A DNA stretch of 64,000 nt, taken from IMG/VR virus record IMGVR_UViG_3300048855_000167, positions 9,951 to 73,950 of that record; one strand, given 5' to 3'. Below the pieces are notes generated by a model. That model worked only from the letters and a program-made list of their open reading frames with translations, was not told the DNA's origin and did not search any database. Of the stretch, positions 18,570-27,163 are shown piece after piece. The stretch comes from a virus (lineage: Duplodnaviria; Caudoviricetes). The stretch's first letter is position 1, and each line of letters begins with the position of its first letter. A program made the position numbers and the translations under genes.

Positions 18570-19466
18570 TTAGGCGAGGAAGTCGGACACGGAGTCCAGA
18601 ATGCGTTGCGCCTCGGCCGCGGTGTCCTTGCGGATGGCAGCGTCTTCCTTCAGGGCGGCGGCATCGTATTTCGTGAGCGCCTTCAGCCGCCGGCCCAAGG
18701 CGTCCAGCTCGGGCGAGCCGACGATGTTGAGCGACGGCATGACGCTAATCAGATCGGCGATGTTCTCGACGAGGCTGGAGCGGAAACCGCCGGTTCGTTC
18801 GCCGGGGGTGAAGCTGTTGAGGCGGTCGACCATGCGCTCGGTGAGTGTGGCAATGCGCTGATAGACGTCTCGGACCGCGTTCTCGGTCGCCTTCTGCAGC
18901 TGCTCCTCGATGTCGGCCCGGATGAGCGCGGCGTGCGCCTCCGACATGTCGACGCGGAAATCGGCGGACGAGGGCACCGGCAGGACCGAATAAACGATGC
19001 CGAACTTTTCCCGGATCTCGTTGCTGGTCGGGTAGTCGGCGGCCTTGAACAGCTTGCCCATGCGCTTTTGCGCGTCGGTGACGTGCTGGTCGAAGTGGTT
19101 CACCAGCTTGTCCACCTCGCGCTGAAACTTGGCGGACTGGACGCGCATCCACGCGGTGAAGGGGAGATAGCCGTCGGCGCTGATGATGCGGCCGCCGTCG
19201 TTGAGCCACGGCAGGGTGCGCTCATAGAAGCCGTTGCGCGTCTCGCTGACGAGCGTCTGAATACCGGCGAGCGCTTCCTTGCTCACCAGCAGCTTGTTAA
19301 CGCGGGAGGCGTCGGACGCGGCGTTGTGGGAGTCGTTGAGCTCCTGCGTCACCTGACGGTCGAGGCGGCGGCCGGACCACTGCGAAATCGTCACGCTGAC
19401 GATCATCGCGCGGCTGGCGAGGGTGGAGGTGGAGGCAGAGAGGGTAGCTGGGGTCATGGAATTCAC
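18570..19466 (-). CDS. DUF3150-like phage protein
   Basis: MIVSVTISQWSGRRLD...NKLL...RTLPW...DYPT...REKF pattern. Confidence 0.7.
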   Translation of the reverse strand: MNSMTPATLSASTSTLASRAMIVSVTISQWSGRRLDRQVTQELNDSHNAASDASRVNKLLVSKEALAGIQTLVSETRNGFYERTLPWLNDGGRIISADGYLPFTAWMRVQSAKFQREVDKLVNHFDQHVTDAQKRMGKLFKAADYPTSNEIREKFGIVYSVLPVPSSADFRVDMSEAHAALIRADIEEQLQKATENAVRDVYQRIATLTERMVDRLNSFTPGERTGGFRSSLVENIADLISVMPSLNIVGSPELDALGRRLKALTKYDAAALKEDAAIRKDTAAEAQRILDSVSDFLA

Positions 19467-19472
19467 GTTCAG

Positions 19473-19500
19473 TCTCCTTTGGTTGCCATTATTGGCGGGG
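19473..19500 (-). promoter_or_regulatory. Start-associated hairpin motif, copy 6 (CCCC GCCA ATAA TGGC N7 GGAGA)
   Basis: Read directly. Confidence 0.8.
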
Positions 19501-19505
19501 CTGGA

Positions 19506-19694
19506 TCAGTCTTTGACCTGGAGGATTGACTCGATTTGCTCGTCCTCCGGGTCGCTCTCCTCCCATTCGATTCCGTTGACATGGCGGAAGCCTTTGGCGA
19601 CCTGGAACCGGGCCGCTTCCATGCTTTCGTCTTCGATGGTGAGTTCTGCTGTCAGGTGGCGGATGGCGCGCACCTGCACGATAAAGGTGGGCAT
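19506..19694 (-). CDS. Small acidic hypothetical protein (62 aa)
   Basis: MPTFIVQV...EWEESDPEDEQIESILQVKD with GGAGA Shine-Dalgarno. Confidence 0.75.
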   Translation of the reverse strand: MPTFIVQVRAIRHLTAELTIEDESMEAARFQVAKGFRHVNGIEWEESDPEDEQIESILQVKD

Positions 19695-19699
19695 TGTCG

Positions 19700-19726
19700 T
19701 CTCCATGGGTGCCATAGTTGGCGGGG
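19700..19726 (-). promoter_or_regulatory. Start-associated hairpin motif, copy 7 (CCCC GCCA ACTA TGGC N6 GGAGA)
   Basis: Read directly. Confidence 0.8.
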
Positions 19727-19764
19727 AAAGAAGGAACCTACACGGTAGGCTGCGAGGGGAGAAG

Positions 19765-20076
19765 TCACGGGGCGAAGGCGATGGCGCGCGCGGCGTCAAT
19801 CTCCTCGCGTCGGCGCATGAACGAATCCCAACGGCCGATCATGTCCAAATCGGCATGGCTGTACCATGTGCGGCCGTCGGCGAGCTTCGTTGCTTTCGCC
19901 AATACGCCGGCGGCCGTTATCACGCCGTCAAGCTCACCCGAGGGCTTGAAGATCTTCACTTCCTTGCCGTGCACCTCGTAATAACCGGACGCGGTGCCAT
20001 CGGGATTGAACAGGGTGTCCACCACGGCGCGCTTGCCGCGCACGAAGGTGCGGCCGTTAAGCTGGAACGACGTCAT
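19765..20076 (-). CDS. Hypothetical phage protein
   Basis: MTSFQLNGRTF...; overlaps the upstream gene end. Confidence 0.7.
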   Translation of the reverse strand: MTSFQLNGRTFVRGKRAVVDTLFNPDGTASGYYEVHGKEVKIFKPSGELDGVITAAGVLAKATKLADGRTWYSHADLDMIGRWDSFMRRREEIDAARAIAFAP

Positions 20077-20290
20077 GACCGGGCTCCCACAGGATTTGCA
20101 AAACCTCCTCCAGATCCTCGACGTGAGGCGGGAGGCGGACGGCGCGCAGCTCATGCAGCGTGATGCCGGCGAGCGTGGCGCGGGCATGCATCTGTTGCGC
20201 GCACTCGACGGCCGCGGGGCCGTTCGGGAATGGCAGCGATAACGGGACGAAGTCGCACCAGATGACGGCGAAAATCTCACCTTTGTCCAT
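20057..20290 (-). CDS. Hypothetical phage protein
   Basis: GAGGA Shine-Dalgarno; 77 aa. Confidence 0.65.
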   Translation of the reverse strand: MDKGEIFAVIWCDFVPLSLPFPNGPAAVECAQQMHARATLAGITLHELRAVRLPPHVEDLEEVLQILWEPGHDVVPA

Positions 20291-20297
20291 TTAGTCC

Positions 20298-20618
20298 TCA
20301 CAGGCTTATGCGGATCGACACGGAGAAATCCACCGGAGCGATTTGCGGTGGCGGGCGGTAGATCGGCGCGGGTTTCGGTTTAGGCGCGCGTTTGGCGGCC
20401 TTGACGGGATTCGGGCGCGGCAACGGTGCCGGGCCAGCGATGGGCGGTTCTGCGAACAGCTCCGGTGCTGGCGCTGGCGGAGCAACAACGGGTGCCAGCG
20501 CCACAGGGGCGGGCGCTGGAACGGGTGCGGGCTTGCTGTTGGAGATTATGCCTGTGGCGCCTTGGAAGAGCACGAGGGCGACGGTCGCAAGCGTGGGGAA
20601 GCCGCCAGCGTGACTCAT
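20298..20618 (-). CDS. Pro/Ala-rich membrane-anchored hypothetical protein
   Basis: ATGA-coupled; hydrophobic N-terminus then PAPVPAPAP-rich. Confidence 0.6.
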   Translation of the reverse strand: MSHAGGFPTLATVALVLFQGATGIISNSKPAPVPAPAPVALAPVVAPPAPAPELFAEPPIAGPAPLPRPNPVKAAKRAPKPKPAPIYRPPPQIAPVDFSVSIRISL

Positions 20619-20848
20619 GCGGCGGTTCGCTCGCGGGACGGCAGGAAGATCTCCCACGCTTCCCGGGTCGACAGATAGCGCTCATAGGCGCCACGAAGCG
20701 CGGTGCCTGGCTCGCCATGGGCGCGCGGGGTATAGCGGACGTCGCCAGCCCACTCGCGCGGGAAGGTGCGGCGGATCTCGTCCATCCATTCCTCATCGGC
20801 GGCGAGGTGCGCGGCGTAGGCGGCAGCCATGGGGGTGATGTCAGGCAT
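20615..20848 (-). CDS. Hypothetical phage protein
   Basis: GAGGAG Shine-Dalgarno; 77 aa. Confidence 0.7.
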   Translation of the reverse strand: MPDITPMAAAYAAHLAADEEWMDEIRRTFPREWAGDVRYTPRAHGEPGTALRGAYERYLSTREAWEIFLPSRERTAA

Positions 20849-20999
20849 TTCGGATCTCCTCTCGTGCTTCGCGCAGAATGCGCCAGACGTCCTCTTTCAC
20901 CTCTGAATTGGTGGGCTCGCGGCCGAGGCGGGCGGTAAGGCGGTTCCAGATTGTGTTTTGGTTGTCATTCCGGAACGTGATGCTGACAGTGATCGGCAT
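20841..20999 (-). CDS. 52-aa hypothetical protein missed by the ORF track (MPITVSITFRNDNQNTIWNRLTARLGREPTNSEVKEDVWRILREAREEIRNA)
   Basis: Translated by hand; GGAGA Shine-Dalgarno and motif copy 8 upstream; stop overlaps next start. Confidence 0.75.
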   Translation of the reverse strand: MPITVSITFRNDNQNTIWNRLTARLGREPTNSEVKEDVWRILREAREEIRNA

Positions 21000-21003
21000 G
21001 GGA

Positions 21004-21027
21004 TCTCCTGTTTGCATGATTGCGGGG
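21004..21027 (-). promoter_or_regulatory. Start-associated hairpin motif, copy 8 (CCCC GCA ATCA TGC N5 GGAGA)
   Basis: Read directly. Confidence 0.8.
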
Positions 21028-21350
21028 TGTCGCGCGGCGCTGATATCGGGGGCAGGCAGCGGCGCGCATGGTCCTGCCGGTGGAATGTGAGCGGGCTTTA
21101 ACGGTTCCCGCGCATGCGTTGCCTCCGTTATGCGGTTGATCGGCGGGCGGTGGATGACGTGTGAAAACCCACCTATGGAGGCGGATCTTCAGGTTCGGGC
21201 AGTAAGGGCGCGGCCAAGGCGGCGGACATGGTGAACAGGAACGCGCGGCGGGTCATCATGTGGGCTTAATCGCTTCCAGATATTCGACCCAGCGAAGCGC
21301 GACGACCCATAGGGCGAGGATGAGCGCGGCGCCCTTTCGTAGAGACATGG

Positions 21351-21374
21351 AAAAGGGGAGGCTAATGCCTCCCC
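21351..21374 (-). terminator. Intrinsic terminator
   Basis: GGGGAGGC-ATTA-GCCTCCCC-TTTT on the minus strand, after 21404. Confidence 0.65.
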
Positions 21375-21403
21375 CCATCGATTACGGACCAACCGCGTAT
21401 CTG

Positions 21404-21973
21404 TCAGGCGGCAATGTCCATTTCCGCCTGCTCCGGTGCGGCCGCCGGTGCCGTCTTGACGGCCTTCGCCTTGGCAGGCTTTTCCACCTTGACCGGTGCG
21501 ACGACAACGTTCGGCGTCTTAGCCAGCGTCAAGGCACCCTTGACCGCCTGCAGAACGCGAGGAGACGCACCCTTTTCCGTCAGGGTCGAGACCACTTTTT
21601 CCAGATAGGCGACTTCATCGAATTCCTTTTCGGACGTCGCCTTGCCTGCCGAGCGTTCATAGTTGGCAGGTGCGATTTCCATCGCCTCATCCATCTTGGA
21701 AGCCTTCCCCTTAACGTAGGTGAAGACACTGGTTGCCTTGTCAAACGAGACCTTGCCGAAAGCCGTCGACCACGAAACGAGACCCTTGCGGTAGTTGACC
21801 GGAGTCACCGCATAAAGCGCGTTGAGGTATTTCGGATCGTTGTGCAATTCGACATGGTTGAGTGCCGAATATGCAAGCTGATGCTCGCGCTCCGAAAAGG
21901 TCGAAACGACCTTGCCGAAACCGTTGATTGCCGAATTGAGCTTGGAACCAGTGAGAACAACGAACTTAGCCAT
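21404..21973 (-). CDS. Hypothetical early phage protein with Lys/Ala/Pro-rich tail
   Basis: GGAGA N7 ATG; strong ORF of 189 aa. Confidence 0.8.
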   Translation of the reverse strand: MAKFVVLTGSKLNSAINGFGKVVSTFSEREHQLAYSALNHVELHNDPKYLNALYAVTPVNYRKGLVSWSTAFGKVSFDKATSVFTYVKGKASKMDEAMEIAPANYERSAGKATSEKEFDEVAYLEKVVSTLTEKGASPRVLQAVKGALTLAKTPNVVVAPVKVEKPAKAKAVKTAPAAAPEQAEMDIAA

Positions 21974-21980
21974 AACCATT

Positions 21981-22006
21981 TCTCCATTTGTGCCATGATT
22001 GGCGGG
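21981..22006 (-). promoter_or_regulatory. Start-associated hairpin motif, copy 9 (CCC GCCA ATCA TGGC N6 GGAGA)
   Basis: Read directly. Confidence 0.8.
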
Positions 22007-22062
22007 TTTGAAGCGATTGCTTCACTAAAGGCATGCCGTTGGACATGCCCTTAAAGCTGCAA

Positions 22063-22239
22063 TCACAAGGCCATTGCGGCCTCATCTTTCCGACGTTCAA
22101 TTTCCTTCCGGTGAGACCGTGCCGTTTCTTCCGCCGTGATCGATCCGGCTAAATTACCGTTTCGAAGGTGAGAAGCCGCACGACGTTCCATGTAAGCCGC
22201 AAGGTTTTCCAACGCCTGAATTGCCCGTAGTTCTTCCAT
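22063..22239 (-). CDS. Small hypothetical protein (MEELRAIQALENL...)
   Basis: Helical 58-aa ORF with weak Shine-Dalgarno. Confidence 0.45.
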   Translation of the reverse strand: MEELRAIQALENLAAYMERRAASHLRNGNLAGSITAEETARSHRKEIERRKDEAAMAL

Positions 22240-22734
22240 CTCGTTCGCCCCTCCACTGAAAGAGCAAGGCCGTTCGCCTTGCCGTCGCAATGGAAAAGGC
22301 CCGCCAGATTGAGACCGGCAGGCCCTTAGAAACTTTGATGTTTCGGTTATTCGGTTGTTTGTTCTCTGAAATCCCGTGCCTGTATCGGTTGAGGGTTGCA
22401 GCACTGAAGGCATATTGCCTTTGCCAGAGTTGACGCCTTGAACCATGTTTCCATGGCCTAGCTCTCATCCGATGCAAGTGTTTTCAATCCGCACCTTGCC
22501 GCGCGTTCTTCGCCTAACCCGCGCTTTGTCATGAGCGGTAAACCGTCGCCGGTTTGCGTTGCCTGATTCGTGACCGCGTTTCTCGTTCGCCCAAGCTTTC
22601 TTTCAATCGCCAGAAACCACACGAACGAGTGTTCGTCACGTCTCTGGTACACCTGCCGAAAGCTTGGCAAGAAACCGTCATCTTGTTTTCAAAGAACCCG
22701 GCGAACCGCCTAACCGGCTTGCCGTCCCGAATGC

Positions 22735-22965
22735 TTTTCTTCATTCGGTATGAACAAGATAATACGTTTCGTATTGAGTAAAAGCCCTAAATTACGAAAA
22801 ACATGCCGAAACCGGATATCATATTGAAAACATTGGAAAAGAAAAATTGCTGAAACGTATTGCTTCCTGTTCACAGCTGCCAAAAGTAGACCAGTTTTTC
22901 AGCCGATATCCGCAAAATTTACCCAATTAAATCAGCGTCTTAGACGAGGAAAATAGGGTGTCGAG
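22735..22965. promoter_or_regulatory. AT-rich divergent control region between the early arm and the late operon
   Basis: Visibly A/T-rich, no credible ORF, lies between divergent transcription units. Confidence 0.5.
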
Positions 22966-23524
22966 CCGTCCTCCGGTTTGAGGCATGCCAAAAAAGCCAG
23001 CAAAACCAATAGGGCGTTCGCCTGGTAGCGAGCCTATACGACGCGAATAAACAGCACTCGAAAGGGGCAGGGGGAGGCAAGGGAACGAGAAAGAGCCCCG
23101 CTTGCGTGTTAACAGTGCTGCGAGTCACACAAGCTTCCAGAACGTCGGATTGCGTCCTGAGTGATCCGGCTTCCAGCTTCCCCCCTTCCATCACCAGCAC
23201 GCTAGGCAGCACCCGCCGCGCATATCCTTCCAAGCCGGGTTAGCGCCATTCCGCGCACCGTCACCGCTACGCCGCGACCGCTTCACCGCGACCACGCAAG
23301 CAAGCGAACCATTGACGCAAGGCAGGTGGAAGGGGGAGGGGCAAGCCCCCGGAGGGGGAAGGGGCAAGGCACCCGCCACCATGCCAGCGCGTCACCTGCC
23401 GGCCTGCCAAGCCGCACCCTTGGCACTCGCCCCCCGGCAGCACCCGCCGCGACCATAGGCAGACAAGCACCCGTGCCGGGCATTAATTCAATGATATCAA
23501 TGCGCTAGACACCCCCGCCGGGCT

Positions 23525-23605
23525 AGGTTCTTCCGAGGGGGAGGGGGCGACCGCGGGTCGGCGGCAGCGCAGCCTTTGAGCGTTTTTGTTATTTCGAAAT
23601 TCGCC
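23525..23605 (+). other. Putative lambda-like cos packaging site
   Basis: AGGTTCTTCC...GGGGGCGACCGCGGG...TTTTTGTTATTTCGAAATT resembles lambda GGGTCCTTTCC...GGGCGGCGACCTCGCGGGTTTTCGCTATTT; gpA-type terminase downstream. Confidence 0.55.
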
Positions 23606-23851
23606 CTTCCGATTCCCGTTTTTCCAGCGAGAGGAAGCGATCGTGTTCAGATCTCCATTCAGCATCACGCCGGTGACGGACGGGCGAGGCGTGGTCACTG
23701 GCACCAGGTACTTCTTCGACGAGCTCGACGAGGATCAACGTGAGGAAATCATTCGCAAAATTCCTCGATCGTTCCGGCTGACGACGAAGAAGAATAATTC
23801 TCCGGGTCGGGCAAGAAATGACCAGGCGCCACCGGGCGGATACCCCGCGCC

Positions 23852-24613
23852 GTGCGAAATCATTCTACGGATCGCATCACGAGAATGCGCAACGTAGAAC
23901 AATCATATCGTTTGGGGTCTCGGATGCGCATCGTGGTCGGTCGATCGAACATGTCGGCGCTTAGGCGCTTCGAGGAAATGGCAAAGCTGCTCGCAAGTCC
24001 TCGAGCCAAATCGGAACTGATGCGCGGCGTGATCGACGCAGGCCGCAGGACGAAGACGCCAGTGCAGCGCGCGGTCTTTCGGCAGATGGCGCTGAAGCCT
24101 GGCAACTACAACAGCTACGTCGTGGCCGGCACGAGAGGCGTACCTCGCAAGGAGCTCCTGGCTTACGACATCTTCGGTATGAAGGGCGGCGCCAAGATCG
24201 AGGCTTACAAGGGCCTGCGCGCAGTAAGCCGAGGCAATAAGCTGAACGTCGGCCGCAAGGGCGGTGATCGCGGCGTGGTCCGATCCGGCGTCTGGAACAA
24301 CCCGCGCATCTTCAAGCGCTCGTTCGAAGGCACTGCCGGCGGCTTCTATGCGATGCGGCCGGCGAGCGCCGGGACATCGAGCCGCGCACCGAAAGCGCTG
24401 TGGACGTTCGGCCTGAAGGTCAGCCAGCCGAGAGGCGCGCGCGGACGGTTCGAAGCGACCAACGTCCAGTATGGCAAGGTCCGCAAGCTCTTCGGCCCGG
24501 CGCTGATGAAGGAAATCCCGGAGGACCAGTCGCTCATGACCTTCATGACGCAAGGCCCGATGCACCTCGAGCAGCAGGTGATGAAGCGGGTAACGAAACT
24601 GATGAGGTACTGA
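23852..24613 (+). CDS. Basic phage protein, gpZ/minor tail-like (start uncertain)
   Basis: Arg/Gly-rich; VRKLFGPAL motif; stop overlaps terS start. Confidence 0.65.
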   Translation: MRNHSTDRITRMRNVEQSYRLGSRMRIVVGRSNMSALRRFEEMAKLLASPRAKSELMRGVIDAGRRTKTPVQRAVFRQMALKPGNYNSYVVAGTRGVPRKELLAYDIFGMKGGAKIEAYKGLRAVSRGNKLNVGRKGGDRGVVRSGVWNNPRIFKRSFEGTAGGFYAMRPASAGTSSRAPKALWTFGLKVSQPRGARGRFEATNVQYGKVRKLFGPALMKEIPEDQSLMTFMTQGPMHLEQQVMKRVTKLMRY

Positions 24614-25197
24614 TGGTGGCCCGGACTAAAAACGCCGCAGCACCGGTGAAGTCGTCCACGAAGGCCCTCAAGCCCTTGAAAACCAAGGCGGGGAAGGCGG
24701 ACGAAAAAACGGCCGTCGACGAGATGGTCGTCAACCAGACCGAAATGGCTGCCGTCCTGGGCGTGACCACGCGGTGGCTCCGGGAGCAAACCGCGGCTGG
24801 CATCGTCCCAACGGAAGGACGAGGGCGCTTCAAGATCGGCGCCGTCGTCCAAGCATACATCGCCTACTCCAAGGAAGGGGCGGTGAAAAAGACCGGGACC
24901 GAGAGCCTGGACGATCTCCGAAAAGAAAAGGCCCTCGACATCCGCCTCGCTCGAGCGCGGAAGGATCGTGAAGTCATCGCCCTCGACGAAGCCATCAGCA
25001 CGGCAGAGGAGTTGGCTGGCTTGTTCGTCTCCTCGCTCGTCGGTCTCCCAGCACAGATAACGGGGGTGCCGAGAGAGCGGCAACGGCTGAATGACATCTT
25101 CGACGCAGAGCGCTTACGCCTCACCGATCGTTTCACCAAAAGGATCGCAACTCTTCGCACGGGCGAGGAAGATCCTGACTCCACGGCCGAGGACTAA
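24613..25197 (+). CDS. Terminase small subunit (gpNu1-like)
   Basis: VNQTEMAAVLGVTTRWLRE winged-HTH; directly before the large subunit. Confidence 0.85.
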   Translation: MVARTKNAAAPVKSSTKALKPLKTKAGKADEKTAVDEMVVNQTEMAAVLGVTTRWLREQTAAGIVPTEGRGRFKIGAVVQAYIAYSKEGAVKKTGTESLDDLRKEKALDIRLARARKDREVIALDEAISTAEELAGLFVSSLVGLPAQITGVPRERQRLNDIFDAERLRLTDRFTKRIATLRTGEEDPDSTAED

Positions 25198-27163
25198 CCC
25201 GGTCGAGTGGGGCAAAACCCGCGAATACAAGGAAACGGCCGGGCATCCCGGACCGCGCAACCCCTACAAGACGCCGTACATGGTGCCTTTCGCCATGCGG
25301 GTTCATGCGCGCACTCACAAGCGCGTCGTCATGGTGGTGTCGGCGCAGTCCGGAAAATCGGAAACGTTCCTGGACCTGATGGGCGAGCGCCTGGACACGG
25401 CGCCGGTGCCGATCATCTACGTCGGCCCCTCGAAGCGATTCATCACCGAGCAGTGGGAGCCCCGAATCCTCGAGTTGATGACCGAGACGTCGCTCAAGGA
25501 TCGGGTCGGCGCCAAGAGCCGGCAGACCAAGAGCCGCAAATTCATCAACGGTGTCCCGCTTCGCCTGGCACACGGCGGCTCGACCGGCGCCATGAAATCC
25601 GACCCGTTCGGCATGGCGCTCACTGACGAAGCCGACGAGCTCATGAAGGAGCTCAAGGGGCAGGGTAACCCGATCGGCCTGATCGATGCGCGCGGCGACA
25701 CCTACGCAGACTTCGTGCATGCGATCACGTCAACGCCGAGCGAGGGGGTGGCTGAAGTGGAAGTCGACCCTGAAAGCGGCCTGGAGTTTTGGGGCGAGAG
25801 CGATCCGGAAGAGGTCAAGTCGACCGTCTGGCGCCTCTGGATGACCGGCACCCGGTACCATTGGGCATGGCCTTGCCCGCACTGTGGCGAGTATTTTATC
25901 CCGCGCTTCACCTGCCTCGGCTGGGAAAAGCCGAGGGACAAGGACGACCGGGAGCTGCCGTCGACGCCGATCATGGCGATGCAGACCGCGCACCTGGTTT
26001 GTCCGCACGGCTGCGTGATCTTCGAAAACGAGACGGTCACCGTCGAGCCGGCCAACCTGCCGGCGAAGGAATGGATGAACACCCGCGGCGTCTATGTTGC
26101 CCCAGGCCAGAAGATCCTCGCTGACGGCACAGTCGAGGGCCCCGTCCCGGAAGCGACAACGGTCAGCTATTGGGTGTCGGGCTTGTGCTCTCCGTTCGTG
26201 CCGTGGGGCGAGCGCGCTCAGCGCTACGTGGAAGCGGTACGATCGGGCAACCCTGGCGACATCGCGGCCGTCAAGAACCAGGGCTTCGGCGAACTCTATT
26301 CGCCAGGTGGCGGCGCGGTACCGGAGTGGAAGGAAGTCGCCGCGCGGGCCAGCCCGGACTATCGCTGCGATGAGATCGCAGAAGGTGTCCGCGTCCTAAC
26401 GCTCACTGCCGACGTCCAGAAGGACCGGATCTATTACACAATCCGCGGATGGGGAGCGCACGGGACGTCTTGGCTGGTGAAGGCCGGCGAATTGTACGGG
26501 TCGACCGAAGAGCTCGAGGTCTGGAACGACCTGGCAGTGGTCGTCACAGACACCTACGACGGCATCCCGATCCGGTTGGCGCTGGTCGACTCCGGCTTCC
26601 GGCCCGGCAAGAAATTCGTCGTTCCAGAGCACCGTGTCTATGCGTTCGCTCGTCGCTTCCCCCAGCTTGTGAGGGCGACGAAGGGCGCATCGACAACGAT
26701 GAGAAAGCCGATCAGCACCAACACGATCGACATCAACATCGACGGCAAGGACATCAAGAAGGGCCTCGAGCTGGTCCGCCTCGACACCGATTACTTCAAG
26801 AGCTGGGTGCAGCAGAAGATCCGGTGGCTCGATGACCAACCCGGCTCCTGGTACCTGCCCGAGGATATTTCGGAAGATTACTGCAAGCAGATGGTCTCCG
26901 AAGCTCGAGTCCGCGCACCGGGCGGCAAAGTCAAATGGATCATGAAGTCGAAGGCGAACCACTACTTCGACTGTGAGGCCATGCAGGGCGCAGCGTGCAT
27001 GCTGCTCAACCTGACGAAACTGAGAGATGGACCGCCGCAGCGTCGGCGCCCCGTCCAAGAGCAACCAGCATCACCACAAGAATTGGCTCGGCCGGCGCAA
27101 CCCAACAAGGGGGGCAGCCGTCCCTCCAGCTATTGGGGAGGTGCTTCAGACAGGTATTGGTGA
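25091..27163 (+). CDS. Terminase large subunit (lambda gpA family)
   Basis: SAQSGKSE Walker A, DEADE, STP, WAWPCPHCGE, LTADVQKDR, DSG, NHYFDCE. Confidence 0.95.
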   Translation: MTSSTQSAYASPIVSPKGSQLFARARKILTPRPRTNPVEWGKTREYKETAGHPGPRNPYKTPYMVPFAMRVHARTHKRVVMVVSAQSGKSETFLDLMGERLDTAPVPIIYVGPSKRFITEQWEPRILELMTETSLKDRVGAKSRQTKSRKFINGVPLRLAHGGSTGAMKSDPFGMALTDEADELMKELKGQGNPIGLIDARGDTYADFVHAITSTPSEGVAEVEVDPESGLEFWGESDPEEVKSTVWRLWMTGTRYHWAWPCPHCGEYFIPRFTCLGWEKPRDKDDRELPSTPIMAMQTAHLVCPHGCVIFENETVTVEPANLPAKEWMNTRGVYVAPGQKILADGTVEGPVPEATTVSYWVSGLCSPFVPWGERAQRYVEAVRSGNPGDIAAVKNQGFGELYSPGGGAVPEWKEVAARASPDYRCDEIAEGVRVLTLTADVQKDRIYYTIRGWGAHGTSWLVKAGELYGSTEELEVWNDLAVVVTDTYDGIPIRLALVDSGFRPGKKFVVPEHRVYAFARRFPQLVRATKGASTTMRKPISTNTIDINIDGKDIKKGLELVRLDTDYFKSWVQQKIRWLDDQPGSWYLPEDISEDYCKQMVSEARVRAPGGKVKWIMKSKANHYFDCEAMQGAACMLLNLTKLRDGPPQRRRPVQEQPASPQELARPAQPNKGGSRPSSYWGGASDRYW

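Noticed and set aside
18024-19529. Long antisense ORFs (for example 18024-19529, 27885-29072, 29521-31164, 37155-38600)
   Set aside because: Typical GC-rich reverse-frame shadows of real genes
23586-23897. ORF between cos and the gpZ-like gene
   Set aside because: Overlaps the presumed cosB-like region and has no motif; not supportable as a gene
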